Part shown: piece by piece, positions 26,921 through 35,904 of the stretch
Position numbering within the stretch: the first letter of the stretch is position 1
Layout: the number at the start of each line of letters is the position of its first letter
Origin: an archaeon
GTDB taxonomy: Archaea > EX4484-52 > WAPT01
Assembly: GCA_029258795.1 (NCBI GenBank)
Contig: JAPDKB010000002.1
Coordinates: forward strand, 96,001 to 160,000
Reading direction: 5' to 3'
DNA length: 64,000 nt
Made by a program: the position numbers and the translations under genes
The notes under the pieces: model-generated
What the model saw: only the letters and a program-made list of their open reading frames with translations
What the model was told of the DNA's origin: nothing
The model's database searches: none

Positions 26921-27937
26921 ATGCAGTGTAAAGACGTAATTCCACCACACGGCCATGGCCTGATGACCAACAATCGACTTATCTTCATCATGTGGGGCAG
27001 GGTGCTGTTCGGCAATGATCCGTTGTATGTTCTGAAGTATGTACCATCCAAAGGGTCAGGAGAAGATGTTCGAATTTTTAATGGTATGCGTTATCTGAAG
27101 GTGAGATCACCCATTTACGGCTACAGCAACATGATCGAAGTTCTCACGAGTGTTTGTCCAAAATATGTCGGCCAATCCCCATATTTTACTAGGAGGGTTG
27201 TTTGCATTCCGGAAGAGGACATCTCCCGCATTTTCTCGCCCGTCGAGATTGCAGAAAAAATAATCTCTGATCCTCAGGACCCGGTGGAAGAAAAATTTGT
27301 AGATTACTGCGAGTTTTTTAGAGAGCAGATTGGAGGGGGTGTAGGATTCGGCATCACTGCTTCACTTATGTTCGGAATGCACACCACCAAATCTGACATA
27401 GATCTGATAATTTACAGCCAAAACCCGCAGCAGGTCCAGCTGAAAATTTTTGAACTGATTGAAGAAGGGATGGTGTGCACAGCTCTCAGAGAAAACGAAA
27501 AGGAGAAGAGAATCGTTGAGAACGTGTTTCAGCAGAAGGTGGATGAAAGTTTCATAAAATGGCTTGTGGAGCAAAGAAGATATTACGGCTCATTGAGACA
27601 TCCGGAGATTGGTGTGGAGTGCCACCTCATGCTCCTGTCCAAGCAAACTAAGGTGATTGAACACAAGCCATGTGAAGTTAGACGCGTATGCGTTGAGGGA
27701 GAGGTGGTGAATGCTGATGAGACCTGCTTATCCGCGCCTGAATTTGAAATAAGGTGTGGGAATGAAACTTTCTGGGTGGTGTGCTATCACAGAGGTGGAG
27801 AGCTTGTGAAAACAGGTGATAGAGTTTCATTAGCGGGAGACATGATGAAATTTTCTGATGGCTCAGCATTAATAGCTCTCGTGGACTGGAACGATGACTG
27901 GCTCAGGATTTTGAGAACTGAGCAAAGCTTGCGCTGA
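26921..27937 (+). CDS. Predicted nucleotidyltransferase (COG1665-like)
   Basis: YVLKYVPS N-terminal motif, GITASLMFG...SDIDLIIY pol-beta-type motif, C-terminal OB-like region. Confidence 0.7.
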   Translation: MQCKDVIPPHGHGLMTNNRLIFIMWGRVLFGNDPLYVLKYVPSKGSGEDVRIFNGMRYLKVRSPIYGYSNMIEVLTSVCPKYVGQSPYFTRRVVCIPEEDISRIFSPVEIAEKIISDPQDPVEEKFVDYCEFFREQIGGGVGFGITASLMFGMHTTKSDIDLIIYSQNPQQVQLKIFELIEEGMVCTALRENEKEKRIVENVFQQKVDESFIKWLVEQRRYYGSLRHPEIGVECHLMLLSKQTKVIEHKPCEVRRVCVEGEVVNADETCLSAPEFEIRCGNETFWVVCYHRGGELVKTGDRVSLAGDMMKFSDGSALIALVDWNDDWLRILRTEQSLR

Positions 27938-28012
27938 GCTTCGGAAAAGAACCCTATGAAATTTTTTAAAATTACCTGCCATACTATACTCACGTTGTTA
28001 TCGTGTTTTCAC

Positions 28013-28172
28013 GGTCCCGTAGCTCAGCTGGTTGGAGCGCCGGTCTTATATGACCGCGGGAGCTAAAAATAACGGCTGTTGCTCCCGTGTCTAGGCCAGC
28101 CGGAGGTCGGGGGTTCGAAAGCCATCTAGAGAAACTGGAAAGAGAATATGGCAGAAAATCCCCCCGGGACCA
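28013..28172 (+). tRNA. tRNA-Ile(UAU) with two introns (37/38: 28051-28097; T-loop 59/60: 28120-28158)
   Basis: GGTCCCG/CGGGACC acceptor, A73, anticodon TAT 28047-28049, BHB-like motifs at both introns, GGGGG/CCCCC T-stem; no encoded CCA. Confidence 0.88.
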
Positions 28173-28213
28173 TCCTTATTCTGCCCGCATTGATATCCTA
28201 AGATTCTTAAAAT

Positions 28214-29287
28214 TTGGAGTATTATACTCACTATATGATAGTTACAGATGATGCGAAAGTATTGAAAGTTGAGGGGCACCAGCGGCATGGATATTTGATC
28301 GTTGGTGCTAAAATTTCTCCCGATATGAAGAAATACTTGGAAACGAAAGGAGAGGCAGGATACAAACCGGCTGTCAGCTTCTCTTTAAGAAGCAAGCTGG
28401 CCAGATGCGGTGCTGATGCTCGGCTATCGGGGTGGGAAATTCATGAGGACCTTCTCATGGGCAAACTGGAATATATCAATAGGGGATTGCCAATTGAATA
28501 TCGTCCGGGAGATGAGATAGGGAGGTTCTTCGGATACCATCAGAAGGAAGCTTTGAGAGGGCAAGAACTGTATGATATGGTACGTAAATGGACTCCGCAA
28601 GAGAGTGTCAGAATGAATCCTGAGGAATGGAACGAGTTTAGGGATTCCACAATAGCGCTGGAACTCCAACCCTACAAGGTATATGAGGTTAGGAAATCAA
28701 AAGAACCAGTGAGAGCACCATATATAATCGATAGCAACGAGCTTTATCTGAAGATTAAGGAAGTAACGCCAGAAGAGGTCGTTGAGGAGCTGCCTTTCGA
28801 ATCAAAAGAGCGGATGTTATCGCAGATGATGGAGGATAAGTCCCTTAAGGACACACTGTTCTGGGAGTGGCTTGCCATACAGCTATCCAAGAATGGCTTC
28901 TGTGTTGTGGAAAGCGTGGCTGAGATCGAGATTCCCGAAGGACATTATGGTCTGATACCAAGAAGGACTTCACTCTGGGGCAGCACCAATCAAGCATCTT
29001 CAGTCATAGTTGATCCTGCTCCCAAGTTTCAGGGCAAGCTACTCTATGAGATCGTTTCGGGCACGCCGGGAGAGCATCTCTCTCCAAAACGCTACGGATA
29101 CCTGCGCATCTATCCAGATACGCTCTCCCACACAGAAGAGCGCTACAGACCGGAAAAGCCGGAGAAGATGGAAACAAGGAGGGAAAGGAAGGAGAGAATG
29201 ACGACCATCTCCACAGGCGTGGCAGCATGTCCATGGCGTGGAAGATGTGAGGAGGAATCAGTTGAGGAAATTCTGGGAATGATATAG
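28214..29287 (+). CDS. Divergent two-domain dCTP deaminase/dUTPase-fold protein
   Basis: LRSKLARCG in the N-terminal half; GFCVVESVAEIEIPEGHYG and IVDPAPKFQGKLLYEI in the C-terminal half. Confidence 0.55.
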   Translation: MEYYTHYMIVTDDAKVLKVEGHQRHGYLIVGAKISPDMKKYLETKGEAGYKPAVSFSLRSKLARCGADARLSGWEIHEDLLMGKLEYINRGLPIEYRPGDEIGRFFGYHQKEALRGQELYDMVRKWTPQESVRMNPEEWNEFRDSTIALELQPYKVYEVRKSKEPVRAPYIIDSNELYLKIKEVTPEEVVEELPFESKERMLSQMMEDKSLKDTLFWEWLAIQLSKNGFCVVESVAEIEIPEGHYGLIPRRTSLWGSTNQASSVIVDPAPKFQGKLLYEIVSGTPGEHLSPKRYGYLRIYPDTLSHTEERYRPEKPEKMETRRERKERMTTISTGVAACPWRGRCEEESVEEILGMI

Positions 29288-29331
29288 CTTATGATTATGT
29301 TTTATACTTTTTCTCATCCAAAAATTCTCAC

Positions 29332-30342
29332 ATGGTTGATGATGGAGGCATCATTATTAAGGAAGAGGTGTTCGAGGAAGCTTATATACCATCCCGAATG
29401 CTTCACCGGGAGGGGCAAATTCGGGAAGTGGCGAGATGTCTTGAGCCGGTGGTGGAAGGAAGAAGAGCGCTCAACCTGTTTCTTTATGGTCCGCCGGGCA
29501 CGGGTAAAACCACCCTTGTGAAATACATGTTCGATGATCTCTCATCAAGAAGCATGAAGTTCAAGCCGATCTACATAAACTGCTGGGAGCGCAACAGCAA
29601 GCATGCTGTAGCATCGGCATTGCTGAGCAGCGTTGACCCTCTGGCTCCACTCAAGAGAACTCCGGCTGAATTGCTTGAGGACTTTCTCGGGAGTGTGGAG
29701 AGAAAGGAGTACAACGTTGTTGTGTGTCTGGACGAGGTGGACAGAATGGAGGATAAGGACATGCTCTATGATCTCTCTCGAGCCGGGATAGGGCTTGTGC
29801 TCGTCTCCAACGATCCCTACGCGCTCGTTGACCTTGACCCGCGCATAAAGAGCTCCCTCTTTCTCAACTTCGTGGAATTCCCGAAGTACAGGCCGGACGA
29901 GCTCGTTGACATTCTTAAGGACAGGGCTGAAATCGGACTGAGACCGGGAGCCATAGAGCCCCATTTGCTGCGGGTCATAGCTGTGAGTGCTGAAGGGGAT
30001 GCACGGGTTGCCATAGCCACGCTGAGGAACGCTGCCAAGCTTGCTGAAAGCAGAGGAGCAAGCAAGATAGAAAAGGATGATGTGATGCAGTCCGTTAAGG
30101 CAGCCAGAAAGCTCAAGGTGCAGCAGATATTAAGCACGCTGAATGAAGAAATGCGGCTCCTTTATTCAATTGTGGAGGAGCACGGCGAGATAAGCTCAGC
30201 GGAGCTTTACCAGATTTACAGGGAGCGCAGCAAGAAGCCGGTGGCTGAGAGAACCTACCGAAATTACATGGACAGGCTGGTTGAGCTGAAGCTTGTGAAA
30301 GCTGAGGGAGATGTGAGGTGGAGGAGGTATAAGGTAGTGTGA
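29332..30342 (+). CDS. cdc6: Orc1/Cdc6 replication initiator
   Basis: YIPSRMLHRE, GPPGTGKT, YINC, LDEVD, GDARVAI, C-terminal wHTH. Confidence 0.93.
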   Translation: MVDDGGIIIKEEVFEEAYIPSRMLHREGQIREVARCLEPVVEGRRALNLFLYGPPGTGKTTLVKYMFDDLSSRSMKFKPIYINCWERNSKHAVASALLSSVDPLAPLKRTPAELLEDFLGSVERKEYNVVVCLDEVDRMEDKDMLYDLSRAGIGLVLVSNDPYALVDLDPRIKSSLFLNFVEFPKYRPDELVDILKDRAEIGLRPGAIEPHLLRVIAVSAEGDARVAIATLRNAAKLAESRGASKIEKDDVMQSVKAARKLKVQQILSTLNEEMRLLYSIVEEHGEISSAELYQIYRERSKKPVAERTYRNYMDRLVELKLVKAEGDVRWRRYKVV

Positions 30343-30356
30343 GAATAGGAACAACT

Positions 30357-30800
30357 TCAAGTCAATCCATACTCTTTTAGAAAGGTCTTGATTTCCTCCT
30401 CCCTCTTCATCAAATTCTCCACCGGCAGAAACAGCGGCTCCAGCTTTTCTATTTCCTCCCAGCTTTTCCACTCCCATCCCTCACATTTCTCTGGCTCCAT
30501 GACTTTTGGCTCACCACTTTTCCATCTTGCGATCATCCAGACGGTTATGTAGTGCTTACCCTCCTTCTCAAACACGTCGTTGGTGGCTGTCAGAAACCTG
30601 ATGTCAGCGATCTCTACTCCAGCTTCCTCTCTAACCTCTCTTCTCGCACATTCCTCAAAACTCTCTCCAAATTCCAAATGCCCTCCGGGCGTGTGCCACG
30701 TGCCATGGCCATGGCTTGTGGATTTCCTTTTACCAATCAAGAGCTTTCCGTCCTTAACGACTATAACCGCAACACCAACTCTTGGCCTGTCTCCTGACAT
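30357..30800 (-). CDS. Nudix hydrolase (NUDT15/MutT-like)
   Basis: PGGHLEFGESFEECARREVREEAG Nudix box; EPEKCEGWEW. Confidence 0.92.
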   Translation of the reverse strand: MSGDRPRVGVAVIVVKDGKLLIGKRKSTSHGHGTWHTPGGHLEFGESFEECARREVREEAGVEIADIRFLTATNDVFEKEGKHYITVWMIARWKSGEPKVMEPEKCEGWEWKSWEEIEKLEPLFLPVENLMKREEEIKTFLKEYGLT

Positions 30801-30867
30801 TAATTCTGACTGGAAACTCAAAAGTTAAATGTTTAAAAAGCCCACCGAACTTCTAGGAGGTGGTGTC

Positions 30868-31095
30868 ATGGAAAATGAAAAAATCCTCGAAGCGCTGAAG
30901 GATCTGATCTGGATAAATGCGGTCATAGCCACCGAAATAATCCGGGTGGTGGAGAACACGAAAGCTGCTCTTGGTTCTGATGTGCCAGCAAGCTGTAAAG
31001 ATGAGCACAGGCAGATACTCCAGAAGGTTATAGAGCTGGCGGAGAAATGGAGGAAAGAAGATATTTTGAGGGAGCACAATCTCAAACATCCTTGA
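30868..31095 (+). CDS. Small helical hypothetical protein
   Basis: SD GGAGGTGG before ATG 30868; TATA-like TTTAAAAA upstream. Confidence 0.65.
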   Translation: MENEKILEALKDLIWINAVIATEIIRVVENTKAALGSDVPASCKDEHRQILQKVIELAEKWRKEDILREHNLKHP

Positions 31096-31101
31096 TCCGA
31101 G

Positions 31102-31389
31102 CTATTTAAGCACTTCCCTCACCACATCAACAAAATCCTGTACGGAAGCGCCCACAACAACAACATCCGTAGAAGAGAACCACTTTTCAACAGCTTTTCC
31201 GACCTCGCTTACGTTCACCCCTTTGAGAAAGTTCTCCAGCTCCACTATTTTCTCTTCAGGATGCATGAAGAAATCTCCGGTTATCCTGATATCCTCGATC
31301 TTGTCGTCATCAACAACAACCCTAACCCTTATTAGTTTACCTCCAGCAACCTTTTTCTCAGCTCTTTTTTCTACCTCCAAAAGTTCCAC
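31102..31389 (-). CDS. lplB: Lipoate-protein ligase accessory (C-terminal) subunit LplB
   Basis: KVAGGKLIRV, ITGDFFMHPEE; overlaps the lplA stop. Confidence 0.88.
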   Translation of the reverse strand: MELLEVEKRAEKKVAGGKLIRVRVVVDDDKIEDIRITGDFFMHPEEKIVELENFLKGVNVSEVGKAVEKWFSSTDVVVVGASVQDFVDVVREVLK

Positions 31390-32156
31390 CCCCGTGTTGA
31401 GTACTTTTCGTTATAGAGCTTCTCAGCAAGCTCCAGCTCGTAAGGAGTGAGCTTTCCATCCACGAACCTGACTCCAAGCACATCTTCAAACGATTCTCTC
31501 ATCAAGCTTGAAAATTCATCGAAGGACGGCACGTAGCCCAACTGCTCTTTTACCGTGGTCACCACCCTTTTAAGATCATCCACAACCTTGTCCTTAAGCT
31601 TTTCCCTGCTTATTTTCAGCACGTTGAGCATCGTATCAACATCGAAATCCAGCAGAATGGTGCCGTGCTGAAACACCACACCTTTCTTGCGGGTTTGTGC
31701 GTTGCCCGAGATTTTTCTGCCCGCAACCACCACATCGTTCACGGGCCTGAACGAAGCATCCATACCCAGCTTTTTGAGCGCATCGATTATCGGCTGACAC
31801 AACACCCCGTATGATGTAACGATATCCCTCAGCTCGGGCATGAAGTTCTCCGGAATAATGATCGAATAGTTCAGCTCGCCTTCCGGATACTTGTACACGG
31901 CTCCACCCCCCGTCATCCTTCTGAAGATTCTTATGCTGTGCTGCACACAGTACTCCACATTCACCTCCTCCTCCACACTCTGAAAGAATCCGATTGCTAC
32001 AGCCCTTTCCGGCCACGGATGAATGTAGAGGGAAGGCATGCTTTTGCCTTCGGCAACAGCAATCATCACAGCTTCATCTACAGCCATCTGATGGTACGAA
32101 TCCTTTATTTCCGGCAGCTCCACAAATCTGAAGGACGGCAAAGCCATACACATCAC
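31371..32156 (-). CDS. lplA: Lipoate-protein ligase A, catalytic subunit
   Basis: MAVDEA, RRMTGGGAVY, NDVVVAGRKISGNAQ, QHGTIL. Confidence 0.93.
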   Translation of the reverse strand: MMCMALPSFRFVELPEIKDSYHQMAVDEAVMIAVAEGKSMPSLYIHPWPERAVAIGFFQSVEEEVNVEYCVQHSIRIFRRMTGGGAVYKYPEGELNYSIIIPENFMPELRDIVTSYGVLCQPIIDALKKLGMDASFRPVNDVVVAGRKISGNAQTRKKGVVFQHGTILLDFDVDTMLNVLKISREKLKDKVVDDLKRVVTTVKEQLGYVPSFDEFSSLMRESFEDVLGVRFVDGKLTPYELELAEKLYNEKYSTRGWNFWR

Positions 32157-33484
32157 TTCAGTTCAAGCTTCTTTCTGCATGCCATTGCAAGTTTTTCCAC
32201 TATGTGGAACACGTCCGAAACGAGCGGGTGGTAGTTGAACATGTACTCCTCCACATCGTAAACGCTGGCTCTGTTTCTTATCATCACACTAGCAAGATTC
32301 AGCAGTTCCGGAATGACCATGCTTCTTCCCGCTGCCTGTAGGCCGAGAAGCTTACCATCTTTACCAGAGCACACGAGCTTTACCACCTCCCTACCCTTAC
32401 CGCGTGTCGTTGAACTTACCACATAATCGAAATGTGCTCTGGCATCTTTCTCCGTGAGACCGCACCCACCAAAATAAAACCCGTCAAGCACGCTTATCCA
32501 GTTCTCCAAGAAGCCCGCATATTTCACGCTTTTCTCTCCACCGATTATTCTTGCAAGCATCATGGCTTGTTTTGCTGCAGATGGTGCAAATTTTGAGAGC
32601 GCACGTTTGCCAGTGAGAAAATGCGTAACCTCGGCACAGTCCCCGCATGCGTAAACAGAAGGGATATTCGTGCGGAACTTATCATCAACAATTATCCCCA
32701 CATCACATTCTATACCCGCCTTTCTAACCATTTCCAGATCGGGAACGAAGCCGGTGCAGTTAACTGCAAAATCAACCTTCAGCTTCTTCCCTCCTTCAAG
32801 CAAGACACTCCCATCCTTTATCCCCAGAACCCTCACACCCGTTACGACCTCCACACCCCCTCTAACCTTTTCTTCCACAACTTCCGCAATATTACTATCG
32901 AGCAAAGCGGGCAATATCGTGGGCTGAGCTTCAACCATCACAACTTTCAGTCCCCTCTTCTTCAGAGCCTCGCTCACCTCAAGTCCGATGAGACCGCTCC
33001 CAATGATTGCAACACTCTCGCTGTTACCAGCAAGTTCAATGATCCTGTCCGCATCCCTGACATTCTGAAGTTTGGTTAGAGGAACGGAACCATCGTGCTG
33101 GAGCTTTATCTTCGGCTTGGTGGCTCCGACACAGAGACAAAGAACGTCGTAACCTATTTCTCTATTCTTGCCATCGCTTTCTTCCGTTTCCACCTTAACG
33201 ATCTTCTCCCCAACGTCTATTTCTCTCAACTTCGATCCCAGCGCAACCTCAATTCCCTTCGAATTTATATCCTCCACTCCAAATCTGAAGAGATCTTTTC
33301 TGCTAACCTCTCCGGCTATATAATACGGAAGAAGGCAGGGCGAAAAGCCTATCTCATTACGCTCATTCACCAGCGTAACCTCAAACTTTCCCCGCTTGGC
33401 AAGCTCCAGAGCAAGGGTTATCCCCGCAACACCCGCGCCAATAACCACAACCCTTTTCCTGCTGAAGTTATCATCCCTTCGCAT
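32153..33484 (-). CDS. FAD-dependent pyridine nucleotide oxidoreductase (NADH oxidase / CoA-disulfide reductase type, single Cys)
   Basis: GAGVAG, FSPCLLPY, GSGLIGLE, YACGDC; ATG 33484 overlaps the upstream gene. Confidence 0.9.
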   Translation of the reverse strand: MRRDDNFSRKRVVVIGAGVAGITLALELAKRGKFEVTLVNERNEIGFSPCLLPYYIAGEVSRKDLFRFGVEDINSKGIEVALGSKLREIDVGEKIVKVETEESDGKNREIGYDVLCLCVGATKPKIKLQHDGSVPLTKLQNVRDADRIIELAGNSESVAIIGSGLIGLEVSEALKKRGLKVVMVEAQPTILPALLDSNIAEVVEEKVRGGVEVVTGVRVLGIKDGSVLLEGGKKLKVDFAVNCTGFVPDLEMVRKAGIECDVGIIVDDKFRTNIPSVYACGDCAEVTHFLTGKRALSKFAPSAAKQAMMLARIIGGEKSVKYAGFLENWISVLDGFYFGGCGLTEKDARAHFDYVVSSTTRGKGREVVKLVCSGKDGKLLGLQAAGRSMVIPELLNLASVMIRNRASVYDVEEYMFNYHPLVSDVFHIVEKLAMACRKKLELK

Positions 33485-33839
33485 AATTTCCTTTCCCCTC
33501 GAATTCATTGAGCGCTTCCATGACATGCTGCAAGTACATCAGCGCTGGACCACCGCCCATCAACACGGCAACCCATGCCGCCTCCAGAATCTCTGCTCTC
33601 GTTGCACCGGCGTCCATTGCGTTCTTAACGTGCAGAACTATGCACGACTTGCACTGCGATTTCACGGCAAGCGCTACGGATATGAGTTCCTTCACCTTTT
33701 TTGAAAGTACGCCATCCTTCTCGCACACCTCCAGCAAATTCTGAAATGCTTCCCAGTGCTCAGCGTTTTCTTTCCCTATCAATCCGATGTTTCTGATAAT
33801 CTTTCTCATGAGATCTTCATACTCTCCCATTGCAACCAC
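33471..33839 (-). CDS. AhpD / carboxymuconolactone decarboxylase family protein
   Basis: LSKKVKELISVALAVKSQCKSCIVLH (CxxC plus His), GATRAEILEA, MGGGPA. Confidence 0.92.
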   Translation of the reverse strand: MVAMGEYEDLMRKIIRNIGLIGKENAEHWEAFQNLLEVCEKDGVLSKKVKELISVALAVKSQCKSCIVLHVKNAMDAGATRAEILEAAWVAVLMGGGPALMYLQHVMEALNEFEGKGNYAKG

Positions 33840-33852
33840 CTCAATTCGATAC

Positions 33853-34251
33853 TCACCCTTCAGCGAGCATTCTTCTTTTTTCTTCCGCAGTATGAAGCGC
33901 TTTCAGCTCCCCCTCATTCTCAAGCTTAACCTTCATTATCCAGCTTCCATATGGATCGTGGTTTATGCGCGAGGGCTCGTCAAACAGCTCCTCATTGACA
34001 TCAACTATCTCTCCGCTTACAGGGCTTGAAATATGCCCGCTCCACTTTATCGCTTCAAGCGAAACGTACACATCACCTTTTTTTATCCTTTTTCCTTTTT
34101 CCGGCAGTTTTACGAACACAAACTCATCAACTTTTTTCACCGCCGGCTCAATTAATCCGACGCTAACAACACCATCTTTCTCAACCTTCACCCACGAGTA
34201 CTCATCATCGTAGAGCAGGTCTTCGGGCAGGTTGAACTCTCCGCTCATCAC
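33853..34251 (-). CDS. GcvH-like lipoyl-carrier protein
   Basis: LEAIKWSGHISSPVSGEIVDVN (lipoyl Lys), INHDPYGSW. Confidence 0.9.
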   Translation of the reverse strand: MMSGEFNLPEDLLYDDEYSWVKVEKDGVVSVGLIEPAVKKVDEFVFVKLPEKGKRIKKGDVYVSLEAIKWSGHISSPVSGEIVDVNEELFDEPSRINHDPYGSWIMKVKLENEGELKALHTAEEKRRMLAEG

Positions 34252-35834
34252 GACTCACCCTTTCTTTTCATTTTCATGCTCTCTTTTTTATTTTTACTTG
34301 CACCGCCACTCTTTTCTTTATTTTTCTCTCTATCTTTGCTTTCCTTTTCCTGTCCTTTCACAATACCCAGCTTGAGAGACACGAGAGCGATGATAAGAGC
34401 AAGCCCTATCGCTCCAAGGAGAATAGCTACAGAGGTCAGCACGTTAGTGAGCAAGTTTGGATTGATGAGCAGCACCAGACCCAGAGCGAGCATCATCATG
34501 CCTGAAATGAGTTTCAACACTCTTCCCTGAAATTCGGTGAGCTTTCTCGCCCCCAAGGTCAGTGTGAAAGCAATCACGATCATCGCAAGAGGAATGACAT
34601 AGACAATGTTGTAAAGCACGAGGTAAGCATAATAATGGAGTGTGGGTAGCTCTCTTAGAGTGAGGATTCTTGTGAAGAGCATGGGGAAACCGGCTGTGCA
34701 CAGCAGCTCGTAGGTGTTTGCTGAAACCGCGAGCACGATTGTTCCCGCAAGCATGGCGGGCAAGGATTCAGATTTGAGGAGTTGTCTCATCCTTTTGAAG
34801 AGCTTTGGCTTTGCGCTCTCCGGAATGGTGAGCGAAACACCCTTCTTAAACGCAAAGAAGTCCTTTATGTTGATGAGAGCCATGACGACAGCCACCAATC
34901 CAGCTATCGTGGTGATGAAGGACACGCTGCCAGCTATCAGGAAAAAGTTGAGCCAAGCAGCCATGAAAAGGAAGTATATAAATCCGGAAAAGAAGACAAA
35001 AACACCACCTATCAGCAGCATTCTTTTGCGGGAGTTGGCATAGATGAGCATGCTCAGCAGGAAAAATAGCACGAAGAACGCACACGGGTTTATGCTGTCC
35101 AGCGCGCCCAATATGATCGTTATTAGCACCAAGCTTGAGGTTTGGGGGTTAAGGGAGGAAAGAAGAGGGACTTTGTTGAACTCGTTCCTGAGCTGGGAAA
35201 ACGGCGCTGAAATATTTGTACTTACATTTTCTTCCGTGCTTGGTGTACTCCACTCCTGCTCTTTCGCGATTTTTCCCGTTTCCTCATATTTTTTCAACAC
35301 CTCAAGTGGTGAGGGGCAGCCGTTTTTCAGACAAGAGACAATCATGCTTTCAATCTTGGTTCCTGTGGTGGAATCATCTCCGTATCCCACAACAGGATCG
35401 AACGTGCCTATGAATGTTGTGGGCACGCCCATGGCCTTCGTGCCATAAGCGACGGCCATTTTTTGAAAAAGAACAGCATTCGTTCGGTTATACCATACCT
35501 CCATATAATGTACTTTAAGGTAGGGCGCGTATTTTTCTTCAAGCTTCTGCAGGAATGGCTTCTCTTTTGCACAGTGCGGACAGCCATTACCCCAGAAGAA
35601 ATACACTTCTATGTAATGAAAAGATTGTGAGGTGGGTGAAGCTGTTGTGGTTGCGTGTTCGTTCTGCTCTGCTTTTGTAGGAATCTTCAAGGTGCAGGTT
35701 GTGGAGGAGGAAGTTGAAACGGAACATGTAGCTGCGGTGGGCTGAATAGAATGGCTGAATCCCAAGCTTGCACTCGCTATGAACACCAGAACGATTAAAG
35801 AGAGTATTGCCGGCAGAGAGATTTTGGTCTGCAT
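34248..35834 (-). CDS. Extracytoplasmic thioredoxin domain fused to CcdA/DsbD-type TM domain
   Basis: Signal peptide, Ser/Thr linker, FWGNGCPHC, cis-Pro GVPT, TM domain with DSINPC and ELLCT. Confidence 0.85.
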   Translation of the reverse strand: MQTKISLPAILSLIVLVFIASASLGFSHSIQPTAATCSVSTSSSTTCTLKIPTKAEQNEHATTTASPTSQSFHYIEVYFFWGNGCPHCAKEKPFLQKLEEKYAPYLKVHYMEVWYNRTNAVLFQKMAVAYGTKAMGVPTTFIGTFDPVVGYGDDSTTGTKIESMIVSCLKNGCPSPLEVLKKYEETGKIAKEQEWSTPSTEENVSTNISAPFSQLRNEFNKVPLLSSLNPQTSSLVLITIILGALDSINPCAFFVLFFLLSMLIYANSRKRMLLIGGVFVFFSGFIYFLFMAAWLNFFLIAGSVSFITTIAGLVAVVMALINIKDFFAFKKGVSLTIPESAKPKLFKRMRQLLKSESLPAMLAGTIVLAVSANTYELLCTAGFPMLFTRILTLRELPTLHYYAYLVLYNIVYVIPLAMIVIAFTLTLGARKLTEFQGRVLKLISGMMMLALGLVLLINPNLLTNVLTSVAILLGAIGLALIIALVSLKLGIVKGQEKESKDREKNKEKSGGASKNKKESMKMKRKGES

Positions 35835-35904
35835 ATATCAACACTACCACTGAAACCTTATAAATATCTTGGTTTCAAAATCGGAAACCTTTTAATGATT
35901 TGAG

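Noticed and set aside
33853-34251. Glycine cleavage system
   Set aside because: Only an H-like protein is present; no P or T protein and no true Lpd in the window
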